Shown: in pieces, positions 28,782 through 37,536 of the stretch
Layout: each line of letters starts with the position of its first letter
Numbering within the stretch: the stretch's first letter is position 1
Assembly (NCBI GenBank): GCA_963752505.1
Contig: CAVVYM010000001.1
Coordinates: 87,411 to 151,410, forward strand
DNA length: 64,000 nucleotides
Origin: an uncultured Actinomycetes bacterium
GTDB lineage: Bacteria > Actinomycetota > Actinomycetes > S36-B12 > UBA10799
Reading direction: 5' to 3'
Made by a program: the position numbers and the translations under genes
The notes under the pieces: model-generated
Seen by the model: only the letters and a program-made list of their open reading frames with translations
What the model was told of the DNA's origin: nothing
Database searches by the model: none

Positions 28782-29552
28782 TCAGAGGTAGGGCTCAGTC
28801 GGTGGTGGAATCGGTACGATCCGCTCGACCGACACCCACGGCACTGCGGTGGCTGACTGGGTGCCGCCACCTGGCTCGTAGCGGCCGGTGACTGCCACCC
28901 AGGTGTTCGCCGGCAAGTCCGGCACGTCACCTACCGGTTGCACCTTCACCGGCACGGTGTCAGCAGCACAGCACGCCAGCGCCAACCGCGTGAGTTGCCA
29001 GCCGTCACCGTCCTCGGCTGGGGCTACGAATCCGACCAACTCGACCGTGCGCCCCGTCAGCGTTCGTCCATCGTCCCAGACGGCGCGGGTGGCGTAGGAA
29101 TCCAGCGGCACCGCGATGGGATCCCCCGGCGGTAGCGGCGGCATCAACTCTCCGGCTTTGGGCTGCACCACGCTGGACGCCTCCCGGGTTGCCGTGTAGG
29201 CGCCCAACGGGCCGGGCGCAATGAGGAAGACCGCGGCAACCGGCAGCAGCAACAACCACGCGATCGGCATCGAGCCGTGATTGTGGCCGTCGTCGTCGGG
29301 GTTCGGTAGTTGGGCCCCGACGGATTCGACTCCCGGATGCGCGTGTTCGTGGGCAGCGACCCGCGGGGCCCGAATCGCGTCGTAGATGGCGAAACCGCCC
29401 AATACAAGCAGGATCGCGGCCGACCCATACAGGTAAGGCGCCATGGACGGTTTGACGTAGTTGATGTAGGCCCCGCTGGTGACGATGCGCAGGATCGCAC
29501 CGCCGACGAGGATGAGCAGCACCCCCTGCACTTCGCGCTTCACAACAGCCAC
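28782..29552 (-). CDS. TIGR03943/DUF1980-family putative permease accessory subunit with a His-rich loop
   Basis: Two N-terminal TM segments (LLILVGGAILRIV, AILLVLGGFAIYDAI), a His/Asp-rich loop HEHAHPG...DDDGHNHGS and a C-terminal soluble domain. Overlaps and follows the UPF0718 permease gene. Confidence 0.7.
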   Translation of the reverse strand: MAVVKREVQGVLLILVGGAILRIVTSGAYINYVKPSMAPYLYGSAAILLVLGGFAIYDAIRAPRVAAHEHAHPGVESVGAQLPNPDDDGHNHGSMPIAWLLLLPVAAVFLIAPGPLGAYTATREASSVVQPKAGELMPPLPPGDPIAVPLDSYATRAVWDDGRTLTGRTVELVGFVAPAEDGDGWQLTRLALACCAADTVPVKVQPVGDVPDLPANTWVAVTGRYEPGGGTQSATAVPWVSVERIVPIPPPTEPYL

Positions 29553-30538
29553 CCCCCGACCAGCACCGCCGAGATGATGGCCACCACGAGCGTTGCCGGC
29601 GCGAATCTGGTGGCGAACACCCGGCCGAAGGTCCCGCTCTGCATCGCAATGAGCTTGAGGTCGACCATCGGACCGACGACCAGGAACACGAGCCGGGACG
29701 TGAGCGAGAATTCCGTGAGTGACGCGGCGACGAAGGCATCGGCCTCAGAACAGATGCTGAGCACCACCGCGAGACCGGCCATCACGAGTACGGCCAGCAT
29801 GGGATTGTCCGCCACCGTCTGCAGGACGTCCCTGGGCACCACGACGTTGAGCACCGCCGCGGTCAAGCCGCCGATCACCAAGTAGCCACCGGCGTGCATG
29901 AAGTCGTGGGTCGCCGTGAGTCGAAAGGTGTGCCAGTCGGTTTTGCCGACCAGGTGGTCGCGGCGCGGCATCCGGATCCAGGAGTCCTTGCCCAACCGCA
30001 ACCAGAGCCAGCCGATCACCACAGCCGCCGCCAGCGACGCGATGAAGCGAGCGGCGGCCATCTTGGGGTCGTTGGGGAAAGCCACCACGGTGGAGATGAT
30101 GACGATTGGGTTGATGGCCGGCGCCGACAGCAGAAATGCCAGCGCGGCTGCGGGCGCCACACCTCTGGCGATGAGGCCACCGGCCACCGGAACGGAAGCG
30201 CATTCGCAGCCCGGTAGCACCGCCCCGGCACATCCCGCGACGGGCACCGCCAGCCCTGGTTTCGCCGGCAGCACCCGTTGCCAGAAGGTTGCTGGCACGA
30301 ACGCGGCGATGGCTCCGGAGAGCACCACGCCGACCACCAGGAACGGCAGCGCCTGCACGATGATGGACACGAAGATGGTGGCGCCGGCCTGCAGCCGCGG
30401 GGAGTCGAACAGCCCGACGATCCAGCGCTGCCCGACGAGCACCACCAGCATGCCGACCGTCAGCACCTCCAGCGCCCCCGGCCGCCAGGGACCGCGGGGT
30501 TTCGCGGCGGCCGGTGCCGATGCGGTGGTCGGCGTCAC
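29540..30538 (-). CDS. UPF0718/DUF318 (ArsP-like) family permease
   Basis: 332 aa polytopic membrane protein with a Cys-containing motif (VAGCAGAVLPGCECASVPVAGGL) typical of this family. Paired with the TIGR03943 gene. Confidence 0.75.
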   Translation of the reverse strand: MTPTTASAPAAAKPRGPWRPGALEVLTVGMLVVLVGQRWIVGLFDSPRLQAGATIFVSIIVQALPFLVVGVVLSGAIAAFVPATFWQRVLPAKPGLAVPVAGCAGAVLPGCECASVPVAGGLIARGVAPAAALAFLLSAPAINPIVIISTVVAFPNDPKMAAARFIASLAAAVVIGWLWLRLGKDSWIRMPRRDHLVGKTDWHTFRLTATHDFMHAGGYLVIGGLTAAVLNVVVPRDVLQTVADNPMLAVLVMAGLAVVLSICSEADAFVAASLTEFSLTSRLVFLVVGPMVDLKLIAMQSGTFGRVFATRFAPATLVVAIISAVLVGGWLL

Positions 30539-31350
30539 GATTCCGCGCCCGGCGCGCTCGCCGCGGGATGCGCCGGCGGCGGCTCAACCGGCGGCGCCGC
30601 ACCGTAGCGACGGTCGCGGCTGGCGTAGAGCTGCAGGGCGTGCCATAGGTGGGTGCGATCGAAGTCGGGCCAGAGGGTGTCGAGGAAGACGAATTCCGCG
30701 TAGGCGGATTCCCAGAGAAGGAAGTTACTGGTGCGCTGCTCACCGCTCGAGCGCACGAAGAGGTCCACGTCAGGCATGTCCGGCACGTACAGGTATCGGT
30801 TGAACGTGCGCTCGTTGATACGAGAGGGGTTGAGTCGGCCCGACTTCACGTCGGCGGCCATGGCACTCGCGGCATCGGCCAACTCGGCGCGACCGCCGTA
30901 GTTGACACACATCACGAGATTCAGTTCGGAGTTGCCGGCGGTGAGTTCCTCGGTCTCACGTAGCTCGGACACCACACTCCGCCAGAGTCGCCCCGCGCGC
31001 CCTGCCCACCGCACCCGAATACCGAGTTCATGCATCTCCTGGCGTCGGCGCCGCACGACGTCCCGGTTGAAGCCCATGAGGAACCGGACCTCCTCGGCGG
31101 ATCGCCGCCAGTTCTCGGTCGAGAAGGCGTACACCGAGAGCCACTTGACGCCCACTTCCAGTGCTCCGTTGACCACGTCGAACAGCGCGAATTCGCCTGC
31201 CTCGTGTCCCGCGGTGCGCGGAAGGCCCCGCTGGTGGGCCCACCGGCCGTTGCCGTCCATGACGATCGCCACGTGCCCGGGCACTTCGTCCGAACTGAGG
31301 CCGGGGGGTCGCGCACCTGATGGATGGGGTGAAGGCGACCGAACGGGCAT
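30535..31350 (-). CDS. uppS: Isoprenyl (undecaprenyl/decaprenyl) diphosphate synthase
   Basis: HVAIVMDGNGRWA, TVYAFSTENWRR, and LLWESAYAEFVF near the C-terminus. Confidence 0.95.
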   Translation of the reverse strand: MPVRSPSPHPSGARPPGLSSDEVPGHVAIVMDGNGRWAHQRGLPRTAGHEAGEFALFDVVNGALEVGVKWLSVYAFSTENWRRSAEEVRFLMGFNRDVVRRRRQEMHELGIRVRWAGRAGRLWRSVVSELRETEELTAGNSELNLVMCVNYGGRAELADAASAMAADVKSGRLNPSRINERTFNRYLYVPDMPDVDLFVRSSGEQRTSNFLLWESAYAEFVFLDTLWPDFDRTHLWHALQLYASRDRRYGAAPPVEPPPAHPAASAPGAES

Positions 31351-31415
31351 GCTCGCGATTCTGCCACCTGTGCCCGGCCAGCTCCGGTAACGACCTCAGC
31401 GATGTGGATCCAGCA

Positions 31416-32168
31416 TCAGTTCGATGGTGCGGCCTGCGACGTTCGGTCCACCAGCGGCAGCGCCCTGAGCCGATGTTCGAGATGCCATTGGACATAGGCC
31501 GCCACCAGGCCGCTGGCCTCTCTGCGCACGCGCGGCTCGGACGCATCTGCCACCTCCCAATCGCCGGTGAGCAGCGCCGCCATCAACTCCAGCGCCGCGG
31601 GGCTGGGTGCAGCCGAGCCGGGCAGGCGGCATTGCCCGCAGAGTGATCCGCCGGCGCTGAAGTGGAAAGCCCGATGAGGCCCCGGTACCCCGCAGCGGGC
31701 GCACTCGTCGAACGTTGGTGCCCACCCGCCAACGGCGAGTGAGCGCAGCAGAAATGCGTCGAGCACCAAACCGTGGTTGTGGCCCCGACCGGCCAACGTC
31801 CGCAGGCCACCCACGAGCAGCAAGTACTGCTGCAACGCCGGATGACCCTCCTCCGGGGTGAGTTTCTCGCTGGCCTCCACCATGGCCTGCCCGGCCGTCC
31901 AACGGCCGTAGTCGTGCGCCAAGGCGTTGCCGTAGGAGTGCAGCGACTCCACCTGCGTGACGATCTCCAGCGACTTGCCGGTGTGGAATTGGATGTCCAC
32001 GTGGCCGAGAGGTTCAAGCCGCGCCCCGAAACCGCTGGTGGTACGCCGCACCCCTTTGGCAACGGCCCGCACCCGTCCGCGGTCCTTGGTGAGCACACTG
32101 ATGATGCGATCGGCCTCGCCGAGTTTGTGGCACCGCAGCACCACGCCCTCATCCCGAATCAGCGGCAT
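31416..32168 (-). CDS. recO: DNA repair protein RecO
   Basis: 250 aa with an OB-fold N-terminus (DEGVVLRCHKLGEADRIISVLT) and a Cys-rich zinc motif (CARCG...CGQC). Conserved uppS-recO-era context. Confidence 0.93.
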   Translation of the reverse strand: MPLIRDEGVVLRCHKLGEADRIISVLTKDRGRVRAVAKGVRRTTSGFGARLEPLGHVDIQFHTGKSLEIVTQVESLHSYGNALAHDYGRWTAGQAMVEASEKLTPEEGHPALQQYLLLVGGLRTLAGRGHNHGLVLDAFLLRSLAVGGWAPTFDECARCGVPGPHRAFHFSAGGSLCGQCRLPGSAAPSPAALELMAALLTGDWEVADASEPRVRREASGLVAAYVQWHLEHRLRALPLVDRTSQAAPSN

Positions 32169-32246
32169 GCACCCAGTGTCCTACGTGGAGGGTGAATATC
32201 GATGCATTGCGCTACCCAATGGGGTTTGTGGGGCACAATCGTCCAC

Positions 32247-33518
32247 ATGTCAGAACACGAGGGTCAGTCGACCGACTCGGCACCGACAACCACTCCCGGC
32301 AGCACCGGCACGGTCGAGCCCCCGGAACAGCCATTGCCCGCATCCCAGCAGGTGCAACTCGTGGCCTTCGATCCCCGCAGGCTGCGCCGCTCAGTGCTGC
32401 TGATCCTGGGCCTGCTCGTGCTGTTCGGCATTGGTCTGTGGGTCTTCGAGAGCATCGCTTCGTTCCTCTTCCTGCTCCTCCTCGGCTGGTTGTTCGGCGT
32501 CGCGCTTGAGCCGATCGTGGGGTGGCTCTCGCGCCGGGGATTTCGTCGCGGCGTCGCCACCGGCATGGCCATGGTTACCTTCGTACTTCTCGGTATCGTC
32601 TTCACCGCCACCTTCGGCGGACTTCTTGTCGCGCAGTTGTCGCAGCTGATTCAGGAGATTCCAGCGCTGATCGATCGGGCTGCCGACTGGGCCAGCGACA
32701 CGTTCGAGCGCGATATCGACCCCAACGAGATCGCCAAGCAGTTCAACATCACCAGTTCCCAGATCACCTCCTGGGCCACAAATGTGGCGGGTGGCGTGCT
32801 CGGGATCCTCACCACCACCGTGGGCTTGGTGTTCCAGCTCTTCACCATGCTGCTCTTCGCGTACTACTTCTCCGCAGACGGCCCGCGCCTGCGCCGCACC
32901 ATCGCATCGTGGCTCCCCACAGGGCGCCAGCAGGTGTTCGCAACAGTGTGGGACATCACGGTTCAGAAGACGGGCGCCTTCGTGGTCTCGCGCCTGCTCC
33001 TGGCGCTGGTGGCGGCATTCTTCATGTCGCTGTTCCTACTGCTCATCGGCGTGCCGTACTGGCTGCCGCTCGGTCTGTTCACCGGAATCGTCAGCCAGTT
33101 CATCCCCACCATCGGCACCTACCTGGGGATCCTCCTGCCCGTTCTCGTGGCAGTGTTCAACGATCCGCTGGATGCTGTCTGGATCATCATCTTCGGCACG
33201 GTCTACCAGCAGGTCGAGAACTACTTTCTGGCCCCGCGCATCAGTGCCGCGACGCTGGACATCCACCCTGCCGTGGCCTTCGGCTCAGTGATTGTGGGGG
33301 CTTCACTGGCAGGTGCCATGGGCGCGATCATCGCGATTCCCATTGCGGCGGCCATCACGGCGATCATCGAGACCTACGGCCAGCGGCACGAGTTGATCCC
33401 GTCGTTGAGGGATACCGAGCCGAGCAAGGGTGCGAAGCGTCGAAAAGCCGCCCAGGACTTGCCTGCCAACTCCTATGAGAGAGTCGACGTCGCGTTGCCG
33501 CCGAAGTCCGACGGCTAG
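32247..33518 (+). CDS. AI-2E family transporter (UPF0118/PerM-like)
   Basis: Polytopic membrane protein with family-like C-terminal core (VENYFLAPRISAATLDIHPAVAF). Start taken at ATG 32247, uncertain. Confidence 0.8.
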   Translation: MSEHEGQSTDSAPTTTPGSTGTVEPPEQPLPASQQVQLVAFDPRRLRRSVLLILGLLVLFGIGLWVFESIASFLFLLLLGWLFGVALEPIVGWLSRRGFRRGVATGMAMVTFVLLGIVFTATFGGLLVAQLSQLIQEIPALIDRAADWASDTFERDIDPNEIAKQFNITSSQITSWATNVAGGVLGILTTTVGLVFQLFTMLLFAYYFSADGPRLRRTIASWLPTGRQQVFATVWDITVQKTGAFVVSRLLLALVAAFFMSLFLLLIGVPYWLPLGLFTGIVSQFIPTIGTYLGILLPVLVAVFNDPLDAVWIIIFGTVYQQVENYFLAPRISAATLDIHPAVAFGSVIVGASLAGAMGAIIAIPIAAAITAIIETYGQRHELIPSLRDTEPSKGAKRRKAAQDLPANSYERVDVALPPKSDG

Positions 33519-33576
33519 CACTATCGGCGGATGACGGCGCAGGAGTGCGCTTACGCCAGGAGTGCCCGACTGCGGT

Positions 33577-34497
33577 CTAGAATCCCAGCCGCTTGAGCTG
33601 CTTGGGGTCGCGCTGCCAGTCCTTGGCCACGCGAACGTGCAAGTTGAGATAGACCGGAGTGCCCAGCAGCGCCTCGATCGACGTGCGGGAGGTCTTGCCG
33701 ATTTCAGCCAGCCGCGTGCCGCGCCGGCCGATGATGATGGGCTTCTGACTGTCCCGCTCCACGTGGATCGTGGCATAGACGTCAAGGAGGGGATCGTCCG
33801 GCTTGCGCCCCTCTCGCATCGCCATCTCCTCTACCGTCACGGCCAGCGAGTGCGGCAGTTCGTCTCGCACCCCTTCCAGCGCCGCCTCGCGAATCAGTTC
33901 CGCCACGAGCACTTCTTCGGGCTCGTCGGTGGTCACGTCGTCGGGGTACAGCTGCGGACCCTCCGGCAGTTGGGCCAAGAAGAGGTTCGTGACCACGTCG
34001 ACGTTCTCGCCGGTGCGGGCCGATACCGGGACCACTTCGGCGACTGGCAGCCCAACCGCCGTGCACGCCTCGTGAGCGGCGACCAGGGCCGCAGCGCCGG
34101 CGGCCGCATCCACCAAATCGATCTTGGTGACGAGCAGGAGCACCGGTGTGCGCCGCAAGCCGCGGAGTTGCTCGGCGATGAATCGATCCCCTGGCCCCGG
34201 CTTCTGGTCAGCAGGCAGGCAGAGCCCCACCGTATCGACTTCTGCCCACGTCGTGCGTACGAGATCGTTGAGCCTTTCCCCCAGCAGTGTGCGGGGCTTG
34301 TGCAACCCGGGCGTGTCCACCATGATCAGCTGGCCGTTGGGCCGATTGATCACGGCCCGAATCGCGTGCCTGGTCGTTTGGGGTCGGTTGGAGGTGATGG
34401 CCACCTTCGCCCCGGCCATGGCATTGGTCAGGCTCGACTTGCCCGCGTTGGGACGGCCGACCAGGCAGGCGAATCCTGAGCGATAGGCGTTGGTCAC
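33577..34497 (-). CDS. era: GTPase Era
   Basis: G1 GRPNAGKSSLTN, G3 DTPG, G4 TKIDL, and a KH domain at the C-terminus. Confidence 0.96.
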   Translation of the reverse strand: MTNAYRSGFACLVGRPNAGKSSLTNAMAGAKVAITSNRPQTTRHAIRAVINRPNGQLIMVDTPGLHKPRTLLGERLNDLVRTTWAEVDTVGLCLPADQKPGPGDRFIAEQLRGLRRTPVLLLVTKIDLVDAAAGAAALVAAHEACTAVGLPVAEVVPVSARTGENVDVVTNLFLAQLPEGPQLYPDDVTTDEPEEVLVAELIREAALEGVRDELPHSLAVTVEEMAMREGRKPDDPLLDVYATIHVERDSQKPIIIGRRGTRLAEIGKTSRTSIEALLGTPVYLNLHVRVAKDWQRDPKQLKRLGF

Positions 34498-34826
34498 ACC
34501 GACTCGATTCCGACCACAGTGCCCGACGGGTCGGCCAGGATCAGGTTGACTCCCGTACCGCCCGCTTCGCGCAGCCCCGCCAATTCATGGTGCGTGACCT
34601 CCGGTGACACCGCGACGATGGCGGCGCCCTCGATACCCCTCGCCCCGGCGGCCACGGCTTGCGCCGTTGCCAACTGCAGCGCGCTCAGCGTCAGCGACGG
34701 CAGCACAACGTCGGCCCCGGAGTAGGACCGGCCGGTGTCGTCGCGCACGGCCGCGCCGGCGTTGGCGCCCACGCGACCACGAGCACCACGGGCCAGAGTG
34801 ATGAGTTTGGCGTCCTCAGCGTTCAT
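34494..34826 (-). CDS. Cytidine-deaminase-fold-like small protein lacking the zinc ligands
   Basis: 110 aa. Contains LITLARGARGR...GAAVRDDTGRSYSGADV. No H/CAE or PCxxC motif is visible. Sits in the conserved position immediately upstream of era. Confidence 0.5.
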   Translation of the reverse strand: MNAEDAKLITLARGARGRVGANAGAAVRDDTGRSYSGADVVLPSLTLSALQLATAQAVAAGARGIEGAAIVAVSPEVTHHELAGLREAGGTGVNLILADPSGTVVGIESV

Positions 34827-34838
34827 CGTTCCACCCTC

Positions 34839-35318
34839 TCACTGCTCGTCATCAACGTCCTCAGCCCCCACAGCAAGTTGCTCCCACTCGGCCACGAGCC
34901 GGTTCTGCAGGCCGAACATCAGCCGCTCGTCGTCGGGTTCGGCGTGGTCGTAGCCGAGCAGGTGCAGAATTCCGTGGGTGAGCAGCACCGCCAACTCATG
35001 CCGTTCGGAATGTCCGGCGTTCTCCGCCTGTGCCCGGGCCACCGCAGGACAAATCACGATGTCACCGAGCAGCCCCTCAGGCGCCTCCTCGCCATCGCGG
35101 GGCACGCGCAAATCGTCCATCGGGAAACTCATCACGTCGGTGGGGCCCGGCTCGTCCATCCAGGTCAGGTGGAGGTCGGCCATACTGGGCTCGTCGACGA
35201 AGGCGATGGACAGTTCGGCCTGTGTGTGGATCCGGAGCCGCCCCAGCACGAAACGCGCCTGCTCGGCGATGGAGACCTCGTCGACGAAGTCGGCTGATTC
35301 ATTGACGATGTCAATCAC
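34839..35318 (-). CDS. ybeY: rRNA maturation endoribonuclease YbeY
   Basis: Zinc motif HGILHLLGYDH. Confidence 0.95.
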   Translation of the reverse strand: MIDIVNESADFVDEVSIAEQARFVLGRLRIHTQAELSIAFVDEPSMADLHLTWMDEPGPTDVMSFPMDDLRVPRDGEEAPEGLLGDIVICPAVARAQAENAGHSERHELAVLLTHGILHLLGYDHAEPDDERLMFGLQNRLVAEWEQLAVGAEDVDDEQ

Positions 35319-35336
35319 GTCGCCAAGTCTCCCACG

Positions 35337-36371
35337 CTAGCCACCACCGCCGGGTGTCGAGCGGGACCGGCCACGGTGCTCCGGGGTACCCACTGCCGAA
35401 CCGGCATCAAATCTGCCGTAGGCATCCACGATGCGCCCGACGAGTTTGTGGCGGACTACGTCGCGACTAGTCAGTTCCTGGAACGAAATGTCGTCGACGC
35501 CGTCGAGCACCCGCTGTACCTGGCGCAGGCCGCTGGTGGAACCGCCCGGGAGGTCCACCTGCGTGACGTCTCCGGTGACCACCATGGTTGAGCCGAAGCC
35601 GAGCCTGGTCAGGAACATCTTCATCTGCTCTGCGGTGGTGTTCTGCGCCTCGTCCAGGATGATGAACGAGTCGTTGAGCGTGCGTCCGCGCATGTACGCC
35701 AACGGCGCCACCTCGATCGTCCCCGAGGTCATCAACCGTGGAATCCGATCTGGATCCAACATGTCATGCAGGGCGTCGTAGAGCGGGCGCAGGTAGGGGT
35801 CAATCTTCTCGCTCAGAGTGCCGGGCAGGAAACCGAGCCGCTCCCCGGCCTCCACGGCTGGGCGGGTGAGAATGATTCTGGTGACTTCCTTGTTCTGTAG
35901 CGCCTGTACCGCCTTGGCGACTGCCAGGTAGGTCTTTCCGGTACCCGCCGGCCCGATCCCGAACACGATGGTGTGCGCGTCAATGGCATCCACGTAGCGC
36001 TTCTGATTCAGCGTCTTGGGCCGGATCGTTCGGCCCCGGCTCGACAGGATGTTCGCCGTAAGCACCTCGGCCGGGCGCACGCCTTCGGACTCGCGGAGCA
36101 TCCCGAACGAACGCTCGATGGACTCCGTCGTCAATGCCTGACCGCTGCGCAGAATCGTCAGCATCTCGGCGAGCATCTGCTCGGCCAGCACCACATCTGC
36201 CTCCGGGCCGGAAATCCGCACTTCGTTGCCGCGCACGAAGAACTGCGCAGCGGGCATCAACCGCTCCATGAGCGACAAGTACTCGTCGCCGATGCCAAGC
36301 ACCGACACCATCGGTTGCGACGACGGGATGATCACCGTGGTCTGGGCATCGGATTCCTGTGATTGCGTCAT
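35337..36371 (-). CDS. phoH: PhoH-like ATPase
   Basis: Walker A GPAGTGKTYLAVA, IILDEAQN, and an N-terminal KH-like region. Confidence 0.94.
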   Translation of the reverse strand: MTQSQESDAQTTVIIPSSQPMVSVLGIGDEYLSLMERLMPAAQFFVRGNEVRISGPEADVVLAEQMLAEMLTILRSGQALTTESIERSFGMLRESEGVRPAEVLTANILSSRGRTIRPKTLNQKRYVDAIDAHTIVFGIGPAGTGKTYLAVAKAVQALQNKEVTRIILTRPAVEAGERLGFLPGTLSEKIDPYLRPLYDALHDMLDPDRIPRLMTSGTIEVAPLAYMRGRTLNDSFIILDEAQNTTAEQMKMFLTRLGFGSTMVVTGDVTQVDLPGGSTSGLRQVQRVLDGVDDISFQELTSRDVVRHKLVGRIVDAYGRFDAGSAVGTPEHRGRSRSTPGGGG

Positions 36372-36397
36372 GCGCTGCGCTGCGTCTCCTACTCTTC

Positions 36398-36751
36398 TCA
36401 GCCCGGCGGCCAGGTCAGGTGCCGGCCGCCGAGCAGGTGCACGTGGACGTGGTCGACGGTTTGACCGCCGTCACCACCGGTGTTGATCACCACTCGATAG
36501 CCCGATGAGAGTTTCTCCTGGGCGGCGACATCGGCGACCGCCACCATGAGGTCGGAGAGCAGACTCGGATCCGCCGCGGACAGCAGCGAGAGGTTGTCGT
36601 GATGTGCGCGTGGGATCACCAACACGTGCACCGGGGCCTGGGGGTTGATGTCGCGGAAGGCGAGGATTCGCTCGTCGGCGTAGACGATGTCGGCGGGAAT
36701 CGATCCGGCAGCTATGAGGCAGAACGGGCAGTTGCTCATAGCGCCCATCAT
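36398..36751 (-). CDS. HIT (histidine triad) family protein
   Basis: CPFCLI near the N-terminus and the histidine triad HVHVHLLGG. ATG 36751 overlaps the rsmE stop (ATGA). Confidence 0.9.
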   Translation of the reverse strand: MMGAMSNCPFCLIAAGSIPADIVYADERILAFRDINPQAPVHVLVIPRAHHDNLSLLSAADPSLLSDLMVAVADVAAQEKLSSGYRVVINTGGDGGQTVDHVHVHLLGGRHLTWPPG

Positions 36752-37536
36752 GGCCTAACCCCGCCACTTCTCGCATCGAAGCGTCCGGTCCGGGACATCA
36801 CAAGCCCGGCGGCCAGCCCCCCAGCAAGGCTCGTGCGCAGCACCGTGGGGCCAAGCGAGACCGCCCTGGCACCGGCAGCGCCCAACTCAGTCAACTCCTC
36901 GGGTGCAATGCCCCCCTCGGGTCCGATGACCACCACGATCTCGTCCGCACCAGCGGGGACGGCGTCATTGATCGGCATACTCGCCTGCTCGTGGCACAGC
37001 AGAACCGCATCCGCCTTCCCCACCAGTTCGGCCAGTTGTCGACCGTTCACCGGGACGTCGATGATGGGCAACCGCACGCGCCGACTCTGTTTGGACGCCT
37101 CTCTGGCGGTGCGCCGCCAGCGCGCGAGGCCACGAGAGGCCCGCTCGCCAGACCACTTCGCCACCGACCTCGTCGCCTGCCACGGAACGATTCGATCGAC
37201 GCCCACCGACGTGAGAAATTCGATCGCAGAGTCGGCTCGATCAGATTTCGGCAGCGCCTGCACCACGGTCAGGGTGGGCGTGAGCGGCGGGTCGCTGCCC
37301 ACGCGTTGCACCGCAACCTCGAGCCGGTCCTTGCCCGCCACGACTTTGATGGGCCCGGCCACCCAATCACCGTCACCGTCGGCCACCACGATCCAGTCGC
37401 CTGCGCGGTGACGGCGCACGGCGATGGCGTGGTGGGCCTCATCGCCGACCAGCGTCACCTGCCCGTGGGGTGCCGCATCCCGGGCAAACTGGGACGAGAA
37501 GTAGACCGGCCAAGCCAGATCGCGCTCGCCGCTCAC
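36748..37536 (-). CDS. rsmE: 16S rRNA (uracil1498-N3)-methyltransferase
   Basis: 262 aa with a PUA-like N-terminus (LVGDEAHHAIAVRRHRAGD) and a SPOUT C-terminus (VVIGPEGGIAPEE). The GTG start overlaps the dnaJ stop (GTGA). Confidence 0.9.
   Translation of the reverse strand: MSGERDLAWPVYFSSQFARDAAPHGQVTLVGDEAHHAIAVRRHRAGDWIVVADGDGDWVAGPIKVVAGKDRLEVAVQRVGSDPPLTPTLTVVQALPKSDRADSAIEFLTSVGVDRIVPWQATRSVAKWSGERASRGLARWRRTAREASKQSRRVRLPIIDVPVNGRQLAELVGKADAVLLCHEQASMPINDAVPAGADEIVVVIGPEGGIAPEELTELGAAGARAVSLGPTVLRTSLAGGLAAGLVMSRTGRFDARSGGVRP

Noticed and set aside
29005-30743. Alternative-frame minus-strand ORFs (29005..29739 and 29745..30743) across the permease pair.
   Set aside because: They are Arg/Gly/Pro-rich out-of-frame readings. 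The chosen frames give coherent TM-helix proteins with family motifs.
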